DNA of 63,141 bases from Dongiaceae bacterium (GTDB taxonomy: Bacteria; Desulfobacterota; Desulfuromonadia; Geobacterales; Pseudopelobacteraceae), in NCBI GenBank assembly GCA_035571735.1, contig DATNCC010000174.1, forward strand, positions 1 to 63,141, read 5' to 3'. The translations under genes and the position numbers were made by a program. Below are positions 48,693 through 58,213 of this stretch, one piece after another. Under the pieces are notes generated by a model that did not search any database, was not told where the DNA came from, and saw only the letters and a program-made list of their open reading frames with translations. Each line of letters opens with the position of its first letter. Within the stretch, counting starts at the first letter, position 1.

Positions 48693-51602
48693 TTATTTCC
48701 CTGTCACACCGAAAACGCCTGGAGAACCGGGCGGCGGCACTTTCTTCCTGGCAAACTTCTCCCGGTACATTCGCTCATCGCTCAGTTTCAAGGCAGACGA
48801 CATCTCCGGGCCTTCATTTGCGGTTGCCGCACCTATCGACATGCTCAAACACAATTCATTGTCCGCCCTGTTTACATCTTCCTGGCATCTTCGAATCCTG
48901 TCGACGGCAGCTTCCACGTCACATATGTCCGTTTCCGGCAGGAGCACGGCAAACTCGTCACCCCCGATGCGGGCCACAATGTCTTCGGCTCTGAACGCCT
49001 TGTGCAAAACCTGGGCAACCTTCAGGATCAATCTGTCGCCGGCCTCGTGTCCCAGCGTGTCGTTAACCTTCTTGAGCCCATCAACGTCGATTGTTATTAT
49101 GCTGACCGGAAACTGCCTCCCACAAGACAATCTCTTCAACTCCTCGTCGAAAAAGGCCCGGTTATAGAGGCCTGTCAGAGGTTCGTGACAGTTCAGATAG
49201 ATGAGTTCTGCTTCGGCTTTTTTCCTCTCGGTTATGTCCTCACCAATACTTGCGACTCCGTTCACCATGCCGTCGGAGCCGTACAGGATGGTCCGATTCC
49301 ACGAAATAGAGCGCCGCTCGCCACTTCGGGTAACGATCTCATACTCGCCATGACGGGGAAGCGATCCATCTGCGAGCTCTGCAAAGAATTGTTCGGCAAA
49401 AACGCTGTTGTCCGGAGTGAAGATCTCGAACCAGTTGCGCCCCAATACCTCTTCCCTGGCTTCCCTGGTCCATCCCGTAAGACTGAGGAGAAAGTCGTTG
49501 CAGAAGAGGACGCGGCAGGAGGGATCAAGCTCTACCGCCAGTAGCTGGATGTTTTCCAGGGTCTCCCGGAAGCGCCGCTCCGATTCGCGCAGGGACTGTT
49601 CATCCCATTTACGCTCAATCAGTAATCCGAGTTGGCTGCCGAGGGGGGCAATCGCATCAAGAAGCCCCGGGTCCGGTTCCCGGACTTCGCTGCTGAAAAA
49701 CTCCATTACCCCCACTACAGCACCGCCCAGAACGATCGGAAAAGCGAAGGCCCCATGCAGGCCACTTTGTACCGCAGCCGGACGGCGGGGAAAATTTTCG
49801 TCCCTCTGAACATCGGAAATCCAGGCCGGACCGCCTGAGACCCAGACCCTGCCCGGCAGCCCCTCGCCCGGGGAAAAAGACATGGCGCGGCTCATCGCCT
49901 CGAACAGTGCGACGTCCAGTTTCGGTTGATGCCACATATCCAGCAGCTGGAGAACTTCCTTTCTGCTGTCTACCCACCAGACTCCGCCAACTTCCCAGTC
50001 GATAGCTTCGCAGATCGCTTTGAGCACCCTTGGTATCGCCTCCCCGACCGTGGGGGATTCGGCCAGAATGCTGTTTAATGCATGCTGGGAGGCAAAACGC
50101 CATTCAGCATGCTTGCGCTCAGAGATATCCCTGACAAGCTCGACAGCCGCCACGATCATGCCGGATGAATCCCTTACCGGGGAGACGGTAAACTCCAGTT
50201 GCCGACAAGCGCCATCGGCACGTGTCGCCTCCTTTTCCCCGCGATGCACCTCCCCGTCCCGCAGCGCCTCGGCCACGAGACACCCCTCACAGGGGACTTC
50301 ACCACCATGAAAGGCTGTGAAGCAGAGTTCGCCCCCATGTTCTCCCAACATTTCCGTTGCCAATATGTTTTGGTAAAGGATGCGGAAATCAGACCCAACT
50401 ACGGTGACAGAGTCGCCGATCGCGGCTATGAACGCCTCGCTCCTGGCCTTTTCCTCCTGTGCATCCTTGAGTGCTGCGGTGATCTCCAGAGCAAATTCCT
50501 GGGAAATCCTGTGCATCTCCTTTTGTTTGCCGTCGAGGCTTTTCATCATGTTATTAAAGGCGGTTGCCAGTTCCTCGATCTCATCCTTGCTGTCAATCAG
50601 GATTTCCTGTTCCGCTCCCCCGGAGCCGGATATGTTCCTGATATGGTCGGTAAGCTTGCAGAGCGGCGCTGTGAAGAACTTCATGCTCAGTGACACGATC
50701 AATACGGAAGCAAGGACACCGGCAATCACCGCCAGGATCGAAAAACGCAGGGTTGACCTGATCGGAGCATAAGCCTCCTGGAGCGGGTAATTGGCCGCCA
50801 GGATCCAGTTGGTCGTATCCAGTCTTCTGACCGAGGTCAGAGCGTGCAACCCACGGGAGTTGACGGTCTCCTCCGTACCGTTGAAGCCCGCGATCCCTTT
50901 GTCGAAGACCCGGTTGGCGCCGGGAGGTACATCCCGCATGAGAATCCTGCTTCGGTCGGGATGCATGATCATGGTCCGATCGGTGTCGTAAATATAGATG
51001 TAGCCGGTCTTGCCAATCTTCGTGCGGGCATGCTCGCCGAGGATATTGTCTTTTGTCAGGTCAATGCTCCCCCCCAGGATGGCAATAATTTTCCCGTTGC
51101 CGTCGTAGAGCGGGGCGGTAAGCATGACAGCCGGATGGTGATGGGCCTTGGAGGAGAAAAAGGGGGCGGAGACATACGGCTTGCCGGTCTCCATAGTCTT
51201 GCGGAAGTATTCGCGATAGGAATAGTCCCGTCCCTGCCTCTTCTGGTCGGGATACTCGGCGATCATCCTGCCGGTGACTGAAAAAATGTAGACACCGTTA
51301 TCAAAGGTTGTGTAGAGGTCGGATTCGCTGTTCAGCAACCGCTGTGCAAGGGCAGAATCGGTTGCCGCTTCGCCGGGAATGGCCGCGGCCTTGGCGAAGA
51401 GGGTCTCTTGCGTACGCCTGATGGTATTGTCGATATCCCTGGCCATTTCGGTGACGAGAGCATACTGCTGAGTAACGATGGCGTCCCGAAAACGCATATC
51501 GAAGTAATAAATGATCGGAAACGCCACAGCGACCATCAGCACGACCACCAGCAGGGAGACGACGATGGACATCTTGGTTTTCAGGCCGATGAACCTTTTC
51601 AC
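48693..51602 (-). CDS. sensor diguanylate cyclase (Cache-HAMP-PAS-GAF-PAS-GGDEF)
   Basis: N-terminal TM, periplasmic Cache-like domain, second TM, HAMP, PAS/GAF/PAS region. C-terminal GGDEF domain has an intact RIGGDEF and an RAED (RxxD) I-site 5 residues upstream. Confidence 0.85.
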   Translation of the reverse strand: MKRFIGLKTKMSIVVSLLVVVLMVAVAFPIIYYFDMRFRDAIVTQQYALVTEMARDIDNTIRRTQETLFAKAAAIPGEAATDSALAQRLLNSESDLYTTFDNGVYIFSVTGRMIAEYPDQKRQGRDYSYREYFRKTMETGKPYVSAPFFSSKAHHHPAVMLTAPLYDGNGKIIAILGGSIDLTKDNILGEHARTKIGKTGYIYIYDTDRTMIMHPDRSRILMRDVPPGANRVFDKGIAGFNGTEETVNSRGLHALTSVRRLDTTNWILAANYPLQEAYAPIRSTLRFSILAVIAGVLASVLIVSLSMKFFTAPLCKLTDHIRNISGSGGAEQEILIDSKDEIEELATAFNNMMKSLDGKQKEMHRISQEFALEITAALKDAQEEKARSEAFIAAIGDSVTVVGSDFRILYQNILATEMLGEHGGELCFTAFHGGEVPCEGCLVAEALRDGEVHRGEKEATRADGACRQLEFTVSPVRDSSGMIVAAVELVRDISERKHAEWRFASQHALNSILAESPTVGEAIPRVLKAICEAIDWEVGGVWWVDSRKEVLQLLDMWHQPKLDVALFEAMSRAMSFSPGEGLPGRVWVSGGPAWISDVQRDENFPRRPAAVQSGLHGAFAFPIVLGGAVVGVMEFFSSEVREPDPGLLDAIAPLGSQLGLLIERKWDEQSLRESERRFRETLENIQLLAVELDPSCRVLFCNDFLLSLTGWTREAREEVLGRNWFEIFTPDNSVFAEQFFAELADGSLPRHGEYEIVTRSGERRSISWNRTILYGSDGMVNGVASIGEDITERKKAEAELIYLNCHEPLTGLYNRAFFDEELKRLSCGRQFPVSIITIDVDGLKKVNDTLGHEAGDRLILKVAQVLHKAFRAEDIVARIGGDEFAVLLPETDICDVEAAVDRIRRCQEDVNRADNELCLSMSIGAATANEGPEMSSALKLSDERMYREKFARKKVPPPGSPGVFGVTGK

Positions 51603-51614
51603 AACTGCTCCATG

Positions 51615-53453
51615 TTAAGCCAGGCGTTCATAGATGTCGTCAAAGCGGTGTGCAATCCGGGAAAATGCGGCAAGCACTTCCGGGTCGAAGTGGCAAGGGA
51701 GGGTCCGTCCGTCACCCCTGGTGATAATATCGAAGGTCTTCCGGTGATCAAACGCGGGCTTGTAGACACGGGAATTTCGAAGGGCATCGTACTGATCGGC
51801 GATGTTCGTGATACGGGCGCTGAGAGGGATCTGCTCTCCCTTCAGGCCGTCTGGATATCCTGAGCCGTCCCATCGTTCATGGTGACACCGGGCAATATCG
51901 CAGGCCATGTGAAGCATGGGGTGTTCGCCGATTATCCTGGCCCCGTGGGTAGTGTGTTGGCGCATGTCCCCCCACTCTTCCGGGGTCAGGGAACCCTGCT
52001 TTTTCAGAATGGATGAATCCGTATGCAGTTTACCCACGTCATGGAGCGTTGCCTGGAAGCGAATCTGTTCGATGAAGGTATGGTCGAGCGCCATCTCTTC
52101 CGCAATAAGTGCACAGTATTCCCCCACACGCAGAATATGATTACCGGTATCCTCGTCATTTGCCTCCGCGGCCCGTGCCAGGGCAAACACCACGTAACGC
52201 AGCAGGTTCATGGCCTCGATGGCCGCCGAAGTATGGTTCGCAAAGATCTGGCACAGCTCGATCCGTTCCTGGCCGAAGAAATCGGGCTGTTTACTGTAGA
52301 GTGCCAGAACGCCGATACAGTCACGGCTGGTAACAAGGGGAATTGCCAGTATTGTCTGATACCCGGGGTTTTGCGACTGGCCGCGCCACGGGTTGAAAGT
52401 ACTGTCCTGAATGCTCGCCAGTCGCGGTCTGCGGGTCTTGATGGCCATGCCCACCGGTCCGTTACCATTAGCGGAATCATCGCAGGTGGTTAACAGTCCC
52501 TCCGTATAGCTGCAATCATCACCTGAACGGGAGATTATACGGACGTGTGAAGTTTCCGTCTCGACCAGTCCCAGCCAGACCATATCGGGAGCCAGCAGAT
52601 CCCGCGCTTCGTTACAGGCGAACTGGTATACCTCACCCTGGCTTCCCATGGAAATCATCTCGATCGAGGCGCGGTTCAGTTCGCTCAGGGCTTCCGAATA
52701 ATTCCTGTTTGCCGAGAACAGGTTTTCAAGAGCCGCCGCGGTCTGGTTGAACCGCTCGGTCATGGTGCCAACCTCATTTTGAAAGACGATGGGGAGCCGT
52801 ATGCTGAAATCACCCTCTATGAGTCGCTGGGACGCGTTCTGCAGTGTAAGGATCGGGTTGACCAGGTGTTTTTTCGAGAAGTAGGCGATCATCAGGAAGA
52901 TTGGAAGAAAGCCCGTGACAAACAGTATGCGGCGGTTTTGAAAGGAATAAACCTGTGACCGGTAGTGGTCGCTCATCATATTGACCAGGACATCGACGTC
53001 CTTGACAAAGTCCCCGGTCAGTTCCCCGAAACGGACGATGGCTTGAGAATTGCCCTCCTGCCTGAGCATCAGTATATTTGCCAGCGGGACAAGTTCATTT
53101 TCCCAACGGGCAATCAGGGGCTGCAGATGCCGGATCAGTTGTGCGTGACTGTCGGCATCTTCTAAAAGGTCCTTCCGGACCGACGCAAATGATGCGCGAA
53201 TCCGCTCGATCTCTCCCTTTGCCGGGGAAGAAGATGCAGATGCACTCTGGAAGGATGGTATATGGGTCTGCTGTGCGAGCGCCAGCAATCTGTAGGAGCG
53301 ATAGCGGATGCTTCCGGCGATGTTGATCATCTCTCCGTCATTTTTCAGGTCATTGGTGAAATTTGCCCCTGAAATGACATAGCCGACTACGAACACCAGG
53401 ATCAGCAGGCTGTTGAGAAAATGTTGGGTGGTGATGGAGCGGAAGCGGATCAT
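51615..53453 (-). CDS. HD-GYP domain c-di-GMP phosphodiesterase with HAMP and GAF
   Basis: HDVGKL and HHERWDGSGYP motifs. Start uncertain: ATG 53453 preferred, with in-frame alternatives up to 53516. Ends 12 nt before the GGDEF gene start. Confidence 0.8.
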   Translation of the reverse strand: MIRFRSITTQHFLNSLLILVFVVGYVISGANFTNDLKNDGEMINIAGSIRYRSYRLLALAQQTHIPSFQSASASSSPAKGEIERIRASFASVRKDLLEDADSHAQLIRHLQPLIARWENELVPLANILMLRQEGNSQAIVRFGELTGDFVKDVDVLVNMMSDHYRSQVYSFQNRRILFVTGFLPIFLMIAYFSKKHLVNPILTLQNASQRLIEGDFSIRLPIVFQNEVGTMTERFNQTAAALENLFSANRNYSEALSELNRASIEMISMGSQGEVYQFACNEARDLLAPDMVWLGLVETETSHVRIISRSGDDCSYTEGLLTTCDDSANGNGPVGMAIKTRRPRLASIQDSTFNPWRGQSQNPGYQTILAIPLVTSRDCIGVLALYSKQPDFFGQERIELCQIFANHTSAAIEAMNLLRYVVFALARAAEANDEDTGNHILRVGEYCALIAEEMALDHTFIEQIRFQATLHDVGKLHTDSSILKKQGSLTPEEWGDMRQHTTHGARIIGEHPMLHMACDIARCHHERWDGSGYPDGLKGEQIPLSARITNIADQYDALRNSRVYKPAFDHRKTFDIITRGDGRTLPCHFDPEVLAAFSRIAHRFDDIYERLA

Positions 53454-53555
53454 CCTTCCCCCGAAGTGCATTTCATTAAATTTATTAGTATACATCCATG
53501 AGTAAAGCGGTGTCAATTATATTGCCGCAAATACTCCCGACATAAAAACGAGTAA

Positions 53556-53582
53556 GGCATTGACAGTTTCGCTGTCAATGCC
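53556..53582 (-). terminator. intrinsic terminator after the NIT chemoreceptor gene
   Basis: GGCATTGACAG-tttcg-CTGTCAATGCC, an 11-bp perfect stem. The minus strand continues TTACTCGTTTTTAT. Confidence 0.7.
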
Positions 53583-53611
53583 ACTTGCCGTCACAGGTGC
53601 CGGAGCGCCTT

Positions 53612-55600
53612 CTATGCCAGCCTGAAACGCCCCACAATCCGCTGCAGATCGGTGGCCAGTGACGAGAGCTGTGATGCTGCCGCAGCCGTATCGTGAGCGC
53701 CGCGTGCGGTGTCGTGTACCACGTCGGTGATCTGATGGATGTTGCTGGATATTTCGCCGGTCACCGCGGTCTGCTCTTCGGCGGCTGTGGCGATCTGGTG
53801 GACCTGCATGGTGACGTCGTTGATAGCCTCAACAATCTGCTGCAGCGCTTCACCCGACTTGCGCGAGCTCTCCATCCCCTTTTCCACCTCTCTGACCCCG
53901 TTTTCCATGCTGCTTACGGCACCCGCGGTTTCTCCCTGGATGGCCTTGATCATCCCGCCGATTTCCCTGGTAGCCCTGGTGGTACGGTCAGCCAAAGCAC
54001 GAACCTCGTCGGCAACAACCGCGAAGCCCCGCCCCTGCTCGCCAGCACGGGCGGCCTCGATCGCAGCATTCAAGGCCAGCAGATTGGTCTGATCGGCGAT
54101 GTCCTCGATGGTGCCGACGATTGCGCCGATCTGGTCGGATCTGGCACCCAGACTTTCGACGGTACGGGCGGACTCCTGAACACGCTCGGCGATATTTTGC
54201 ATCCCCTCAAGTGTTTCCTGTACAACCGCAGCTCCGCCGGTTGCGGTCTGATTGGCGCGGCTTGAGATTTCCGAAGCCAAAGAACAGTTATGAGATATAT
54301 CGTTTGATGTTGCAGACATCTCCTCGCTGGCGGTAGCCACGGTTACGGACTGGCAGGCCACCTCCTCGGCTGCGGTGGCGATCTGCTCGGCGGTAGAATG
54401 CAGCTGGTTTGCGGCCGCCGATACCTGGCCGGTATTGTCTGCTACCTGCGAAATGATGGAATGGATATTGTCGACAAAACGATTGAACCAGTGAGATAAC
54501 TCTCCGAATTCATCATTACGGTCGGTATCAAGACGTTTTGTCAAATCACCTTCACCCTCGGCGATATCCTTGAGCATGTGCAGCATTCTGGAGAGCGGGG
54601 CGGTAATGCTTATTACGACCAGCAGCCCCAGAACAATGGCAATGCCACCCAAAATGACGGAGAGAGCAATGCTGAAAACCAGTGCCCCCCTGGCTCCGGC
54701 GGCAAGTCCGTCGGCGACAGTCACGATATCCTTGGCAAGCATGTCCTCTTCTTCCTTCATGATGTTGATTTTTTCTGTGGCAGCCGAGAACCAGCTCTCT
54801 GGCGTGATTCCGAAGCCACCGGCCATCCCCTTCGCCAGAACGGCACCGCGCAGATCCTCGACCTTCGAGAAAGCGGGGGACTTGCTCTTGTCGTCAAAGG
54901 CGACTTGTTCTGCCGAAGTTGCATACTGTCTGAACAGATCAAGATAGTTTTTTTGAGCCGACAAGATCGAGAGAACCCTTTGAAACGCTTCATCATTGAA
55001 ACTGTCGGCAGCCAGGACGGCGTTCAGGGTAGCACGTTCCTTGCCGTTTTCTTCCTTGGCCTTTACGAAGGCATAGTATGTTGTAGCCGCTCTCATGATC
55101 TCATGGCTTTTGCTGGTGGTTGAAACCGCGGCAACTACGTCAATGTAGGAACCGATCTGCTTTGTATAGAACGAGAAAGAATCCTTCCCCTCTATCTTGA
55201 GCGTGTCGATTGTGCCTCGAACATCCTTCAGTGTTTCCAGGCCACCGTTTGCGGCGTCAAGCGGCTTTTTGACATGGTCCAACGCTGCACTGTTAGCTGT
55301 CACATACTCTTTGACCTTCACAATTTCACCGTTAACCAGTTCGCGCTGTTTTGCGAGCTCGTCCCGGAATTTTTCTCCCTTGGAGTTGATGAAACCGGAT
55401 GAGAGCCCCCGTTCCTTCTGAATCTCATGGGAAAGTGACCCGACCCGAACGGCAAGTCCGGTCAGAGTACGTGTCTCACTGACACTCTCAAGAACGTGGT
55501 ATTTTTCGACGACCTCTCGGGTTGAAAACACCAGCAGGCCAATTACAGGAGCCAGAACCATCAGAAGCAACTTCAAGCGGATACTCATATTTTTCAACAT
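53612..55600 (-). CDS. methyl-accepting chemotaxis protein with periplasmic NIT (nitrate/nitrite-sensing) domain
   Basis: NIT-type pattern [31 protein letters not shown] between two TM segments. HAMP and MCP hairpin [37 protein letters not shown] follow. Confidence 0.85.
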   Translation of the reverse strand: MLKNMSIRLKLLLMVLAPVIGLLVFSTREVVEKYHVLESVSETRTLTGLAVRVGSLSHEIQKERGLSSGFINSKGEKFRDELAKQRELVNGEIVKVKEYVTANSAALDHVKKPLDAANGGLETLKDVRGTIDTLKIEGKDSFSFYTKQIGSYIDVVAAVSTTSKSHEIMRAATTYYAFVKAKEENGKERATLNAVLAADSFNDEAFQRVLSILSAQKNYLDLFRQYATSAEQVAFDDKSKSPAFSKVEDLRGAVLAKGMAGGFGITPESWFSAATEKINIMKEEEDMLAKDIVTVADGLAAGARGALVFSIALSVILGGIAIVLGLLVVISITAPLSRMLHMLKDIAEGEGDLTKRLDTDRNDEFGELSHWFNRFVDNIHSIISQVADNTGQVSAAANQLHSTAEQIATAAEEVACQSVTVATASEEMSATSNDISHNCSLASEISSRANQTATGGAAVVQETLEGMQNIAERVQESARTVESLGARSDQIGAIVGTIEDIADQTNLLALNAAIEAARAGEQGRGFAVVADEVRALADRTTRATREIGGMIKAIQGETAGAVSSMENGVREVEKGMESSRKSGEALQQIVEAINDVTMQVHQIATAAEEQTAVTGEISSNIHQITDVVHDTARGAHDTAAAASQLSSLATDLQRIVGRFRLA

Positions 55601-55678
55601 TAAACACTCCTAGTTATTGACTTAGTTACATAAATAATCTCATAAGACTTACACTTATCCATTTTAACAGTAAACAAA

Positions 55679-55692
55679 TTGACTAACATCAA
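55679..55692. promoter_or_regulatory. CRP/FNR-type box TTGACtaacATCAA
   Basis: Close match to TTGAT-N4-ATCAA, about 85 bp upstream of the NIT-MCP start codon. Flanked by AAA on the 5' side, as are the other two boxes. Confidence 0.55.
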
Positions 55693-55780
55693 AGCAAAGC
55701 TTTTTTCAGAGTTTAATTCAATTTTAATCTTCACTCGATCTTCAGTATTATTCATTATTCTTTGCATTTTCTTCGGTTAA

Positions 55781-55797
55781 TGTCCCTAATTGGGACA
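55781..55797. promoter_or_regulatory. 17-bp palindrome TGTCCCtaattGGGACA (copy 1)
   Basis: Perfect 6+6 inverted repeat followed by TA. An identical-arm copy lies 121 bp away. Confidence 0.5.
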
Positions 55798-55901
55798 TAA
55801 ATTATGACAGGTAACGCTTCTGGAGACAGTAGTTACAGGAATGATACCAAGATACGACTCGTTGTTATTTCAGCATATTATGAGTTTACTTAAAAAAGGA
55901 G

Positions 55902-55918
55902 TGTCCCCGGGAGGGACA
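55902..55918. promoter_or_regulatory. 17-bp palindrome TGTCCCcgggaGGGACA (copy 2)
   Basis: Same arms and the same 3' TA as copy 1. Confidence 0.5.
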
Positions 55919-56171
55919 TATTGTGTCAGAGGCGGACAGTATGCCCAATATTCTCAACAAATATCCATTGCTCGGACTGTCGATCAGGGCCTCAGCCGTT
56001 AAACTTGTACGGGTTGGTGCGATTAGCGGAAGATCAGTGCTAATCAGGTCAAATCGCCTCAATCCTGCGGCGGTGGCAAAGTTCGTCATCAGCAAGCTCG
56101 TCTGCCCCCTCGGCAGCTTTGACAGGCCGTTACTTGTATTAATAAATTATTCATGATATAAATTGCATAAA

Positions 56172-56185
56172 TTGACTTTAGTCAA
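56172..56185. promoter_or_regulatory. CRP/FNR-type box TTGACtttaGTCAA
   Basis: Perfect palindrome with an AAA 5' flank. A TTGACG-N16-TAGTTT sigma70-like element starts 7 nt downstream. Confidence 0.5.
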
Positions 56186-56197
56186 TTCTTTTTGACG

Positions 56198-56260
56198 CAG
56201 AATAAACCAATGCTAGTTTCCACGGCTCAATGATGTCAAAGATGCCATCACCTCGCAGCT
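56198..56260 (+). repeat. direct repeat unit 1 (63 nt)
   Basis: cagaataaaccaatgctagtttccacggctcaatgatgtcaaagatgccatcacctcgcagct. Confidence 0.8.
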
Positions 56261-56277
56261 AGCTTTTCATTCTGGCT

Positions 56278-56339
56278 CAGAATAAACAATACTTGGTTCA
56301 CAGCTCAATTGATGTCAAAGGTGTCATCACTTCGCAGCT
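56278..56339 (+). repeat. direct repeat unit 2 (62 nt)
   Basis: cagaataaacaatacttggttcacagctcaattgatgtcaaaggtgtcatcacttcgcagct. By hand alignment it differs from unit 1 by 7 substitutions and 3 single-nt indels. Confidence 0.8.
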
Positions 56340-56373
56340 TTCAAAATCTCGAAGGCTCTTGGAAGGGGATTCT

Positions 56374-57600
56374 ATGGCAAGCAGCAGCTATCTTCTCGGA
56401 AGACAACCGATACTTAACCGCAGTGAAGAACTTGTTGCCTATGAGCTGCTGTTTCGCTCCGCCGGTTCGCCTACGGCCGACGTAACGGACGCCTCCCATG
56501 CTACCGCCAGCGTGATTATCAATACCCTGACCGGCTTCGGCGTCGAAGACATCCTGGGAAAGTACAAAGGTTTCATCAACATGGAGCTTGAACTGTTGAT
56601 GGACGACGCCTTACATATCCTGCCCAAGGAGCAGGTGGTCATCGAACTTCTGGAAACCCTGAAGGTCACGCCAGAACTGGTGGAGCGCTGCCGCTTCCTC
56701 AAGGAAAGCGGTTTCAGCCTGGCCCTTGACGATCATGAGTACAGTCCGCTTTACCACGATTTGTACGAGATAGTGGACATCGTCAAGGTCGACCTGATGC
56801 TGAGTCCCCCCGAGCGATTGGCGGAGATGGTGAAGCAGTTTGCAGGCTACCCCCTGCAGCTGCTGGCGGAGAAGGTGGAAACCCAGGAGCAGTTCAAGCA
56901 GTGCCTCAACCTCGGTTTTGACCTGTTTCAGGGATACTACTTCGCCAAGCCGTCGGTCCTGGAAAAGAAAAAAATGGACGACTCCGGCTCGACCCTGCTC
57001 AAACTGATGCGCCTGCTCGGTGAAGACGCCGAACAGGTTGAAATTGAAACCACCTTCCGCGGAGACGCCGGACTAACCTACAAGCTGCTTCTTCTGGTCA
57101 ACTCGGTCGGCACCGGCGTTCGCAACAAGATCGGTACCGTCCGCCATGCCATTGCGATCCTGGGGCGGCAACAGATAAAACGCTGGGCCCAGCTGGCTCT
57201 TTTCGCGAGCAGCGACGATCGCGGCATGGAAAATCCCCTGGTGGACATGGCGGCAGTCCGGGCCGGTTTCATGGAAAACATGGCCGGCCGTCACCGCAGC
57301 CTGAAAGGCGGCCATGACTCGGCCGAGAAGGCCTTCATGACCGGGATCCTGTCGATTCTGGAGAAGGTCTATGACATCCCGCTGGATGAGGTGATACTGA
57401 AACTGGACCTTTCCGAAGATGTCAGAGAAGCCCTTGTCTGGCAGAGTGGCGGGCTGGGGAATCTGCTCCATATGGCGGAATTGCTCGAAGAACTGGAATT
57501 CGACCATCTCAGCACACATCTGGATGAGATGGGAGTCACCCTTGAAGATGTGCTCGTCTCCCAGAAATTGGCCTTTGGGTGGCGCAAGGGGATGGCCTGA
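56374..57600 (+). CDS. EAL plus HDOD domain protein
   Basis: EAL-type residues in order: YELLFR, FINME, VIELLE, LALDD, VKVD, LAEKVE, FQGYYF. A C-terminal HDOD-like region follows. Start placed at ATG 56374 (MASSSYLLGRQPIL). Confidence 0.8.
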   Translation: MASSSYLLGRQPILNRSEELVAYELLFRSAGSPTADVTDASHATASVIINTLTGFGVEDILGKYKGFINMELELLMDDALHILPKEQVVIELLETLKVTPELVERCRFLKESGFSLALDDHEYSPLYHDLYEIVDIVKVDLMLSPPERLAEMVKQFAGYPLQLLAEKVETQEQFKQCLNLGFDLFQGYYFAKPSVLEKKKMDDSGSTLLKLMRLLGEDAEQVEIETTFRGDAGLTYKLLLLVNSVGTGVRNKIGTVRHAIAILGRQQIKRWAQLALFASSDDRGMENPLVDMAAVRAGFMENMAGRHRSLKGGHDSAEKAFMTGILSILEKVYDIPLDEVILKLDLSEDVREALVWQSGGLGNLLHMAELLEELEFDHLSTHLDEMGVTLEDVLVSQKLAFGWRKGMA

Positions 57601-57618
57601 TTAAGCACCGCATCGGAA

Positions 57619-58080
57619 TCAGCCCCGCAGATATGCCAGTACCTGATCCGGGTGCTGTTCGGCTTTGGCAACTTTTGCCCACTGTTTCTTCACTATTCCA
57701 TCCGGCCCGATGATCACCGTCGAACGGACCGTACCGACAGTTTTCCTGCCATACATAACCTTCTCGCCGAAAGCCTCGTAGGCCTGCATCATCGAACAGT
57801 CCGGGTCGCTCAGCAGTATGAACGGCAGACTGTATCCGGCGATGAATTTGCCGTGTGAGGCGATACTGTCCTTGCTGACCCCCAGAACCACGACGCCCAA
57901 TCCGGCCAGTTCCGCGAAATGGTCGCGAAAGCCGCACGCCTCCCTGGTGCAGCCGGGCGTATTGTCCTTCGGATAGAAATATATCACCACCGTTTTACCT
58001 GAATACTGCTTCAAGGTGTGCAGCGAACCGTCGCTCCCCTCCAGCGAAAACTCGGGAGCCTTTTTCCCTTCCAGTGCCAT
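57619..58080 (-). CDS. bcp: peroxiredoxin Bcp (PrxQ)
   Basis: APEFSL...GKTVVIYFYPKDNTPGCTREAC. Start moved to ATG 58080. Confidence 0.9.
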   Translation of the reverse strand: MALEGKKAPEFSLEGSDGSLHTLKQYSGKTVVIYFYPKDNTPGCTREACGFRDHFAELAGLGVVVLGVSKDSIASHGKFIAGYSLPFILLSDPDCSMMQAYEAFGEKVMYGRKTVGTVRSTVIIGPDGIVKKQWAKVAKAEQHPDQVLAYLRG

Positions 58081-58213
58081 GACAGATCCTCCTCTGAAGC
58101 AAACAAGACTATTTGCGTCCACTTTACCATTACCAACCAAGACGTCAAGCCGAAAGTAACTGCGATTTAATAGGGCATTCGGCGGATATTCAAAAACCAT
58201 AAACGGCATAAAA

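Noticed and set aside
53556-53582. GGCATTGACAG-N5-CTGTCAATGCC as a fourth CRP/FNR-type operator
   Set aside because: The TTGAC/GTCAA half-sites are 9 nt apart rather than 4. The element sits directly after the MCP stop and is followed by a T-rich tract on the coding strand, so a terminator explains it better.
56198-56339. Tandem repeats as c-di-GMP riboswitches or ANTAR dual-hairpin targets
   Set aside because: I could not find the conserved GEMM-type ACGCAAAGC-like cores or two hexaloop hairpins with A1/G4. The repeats are kept as an unexplained finding instead.
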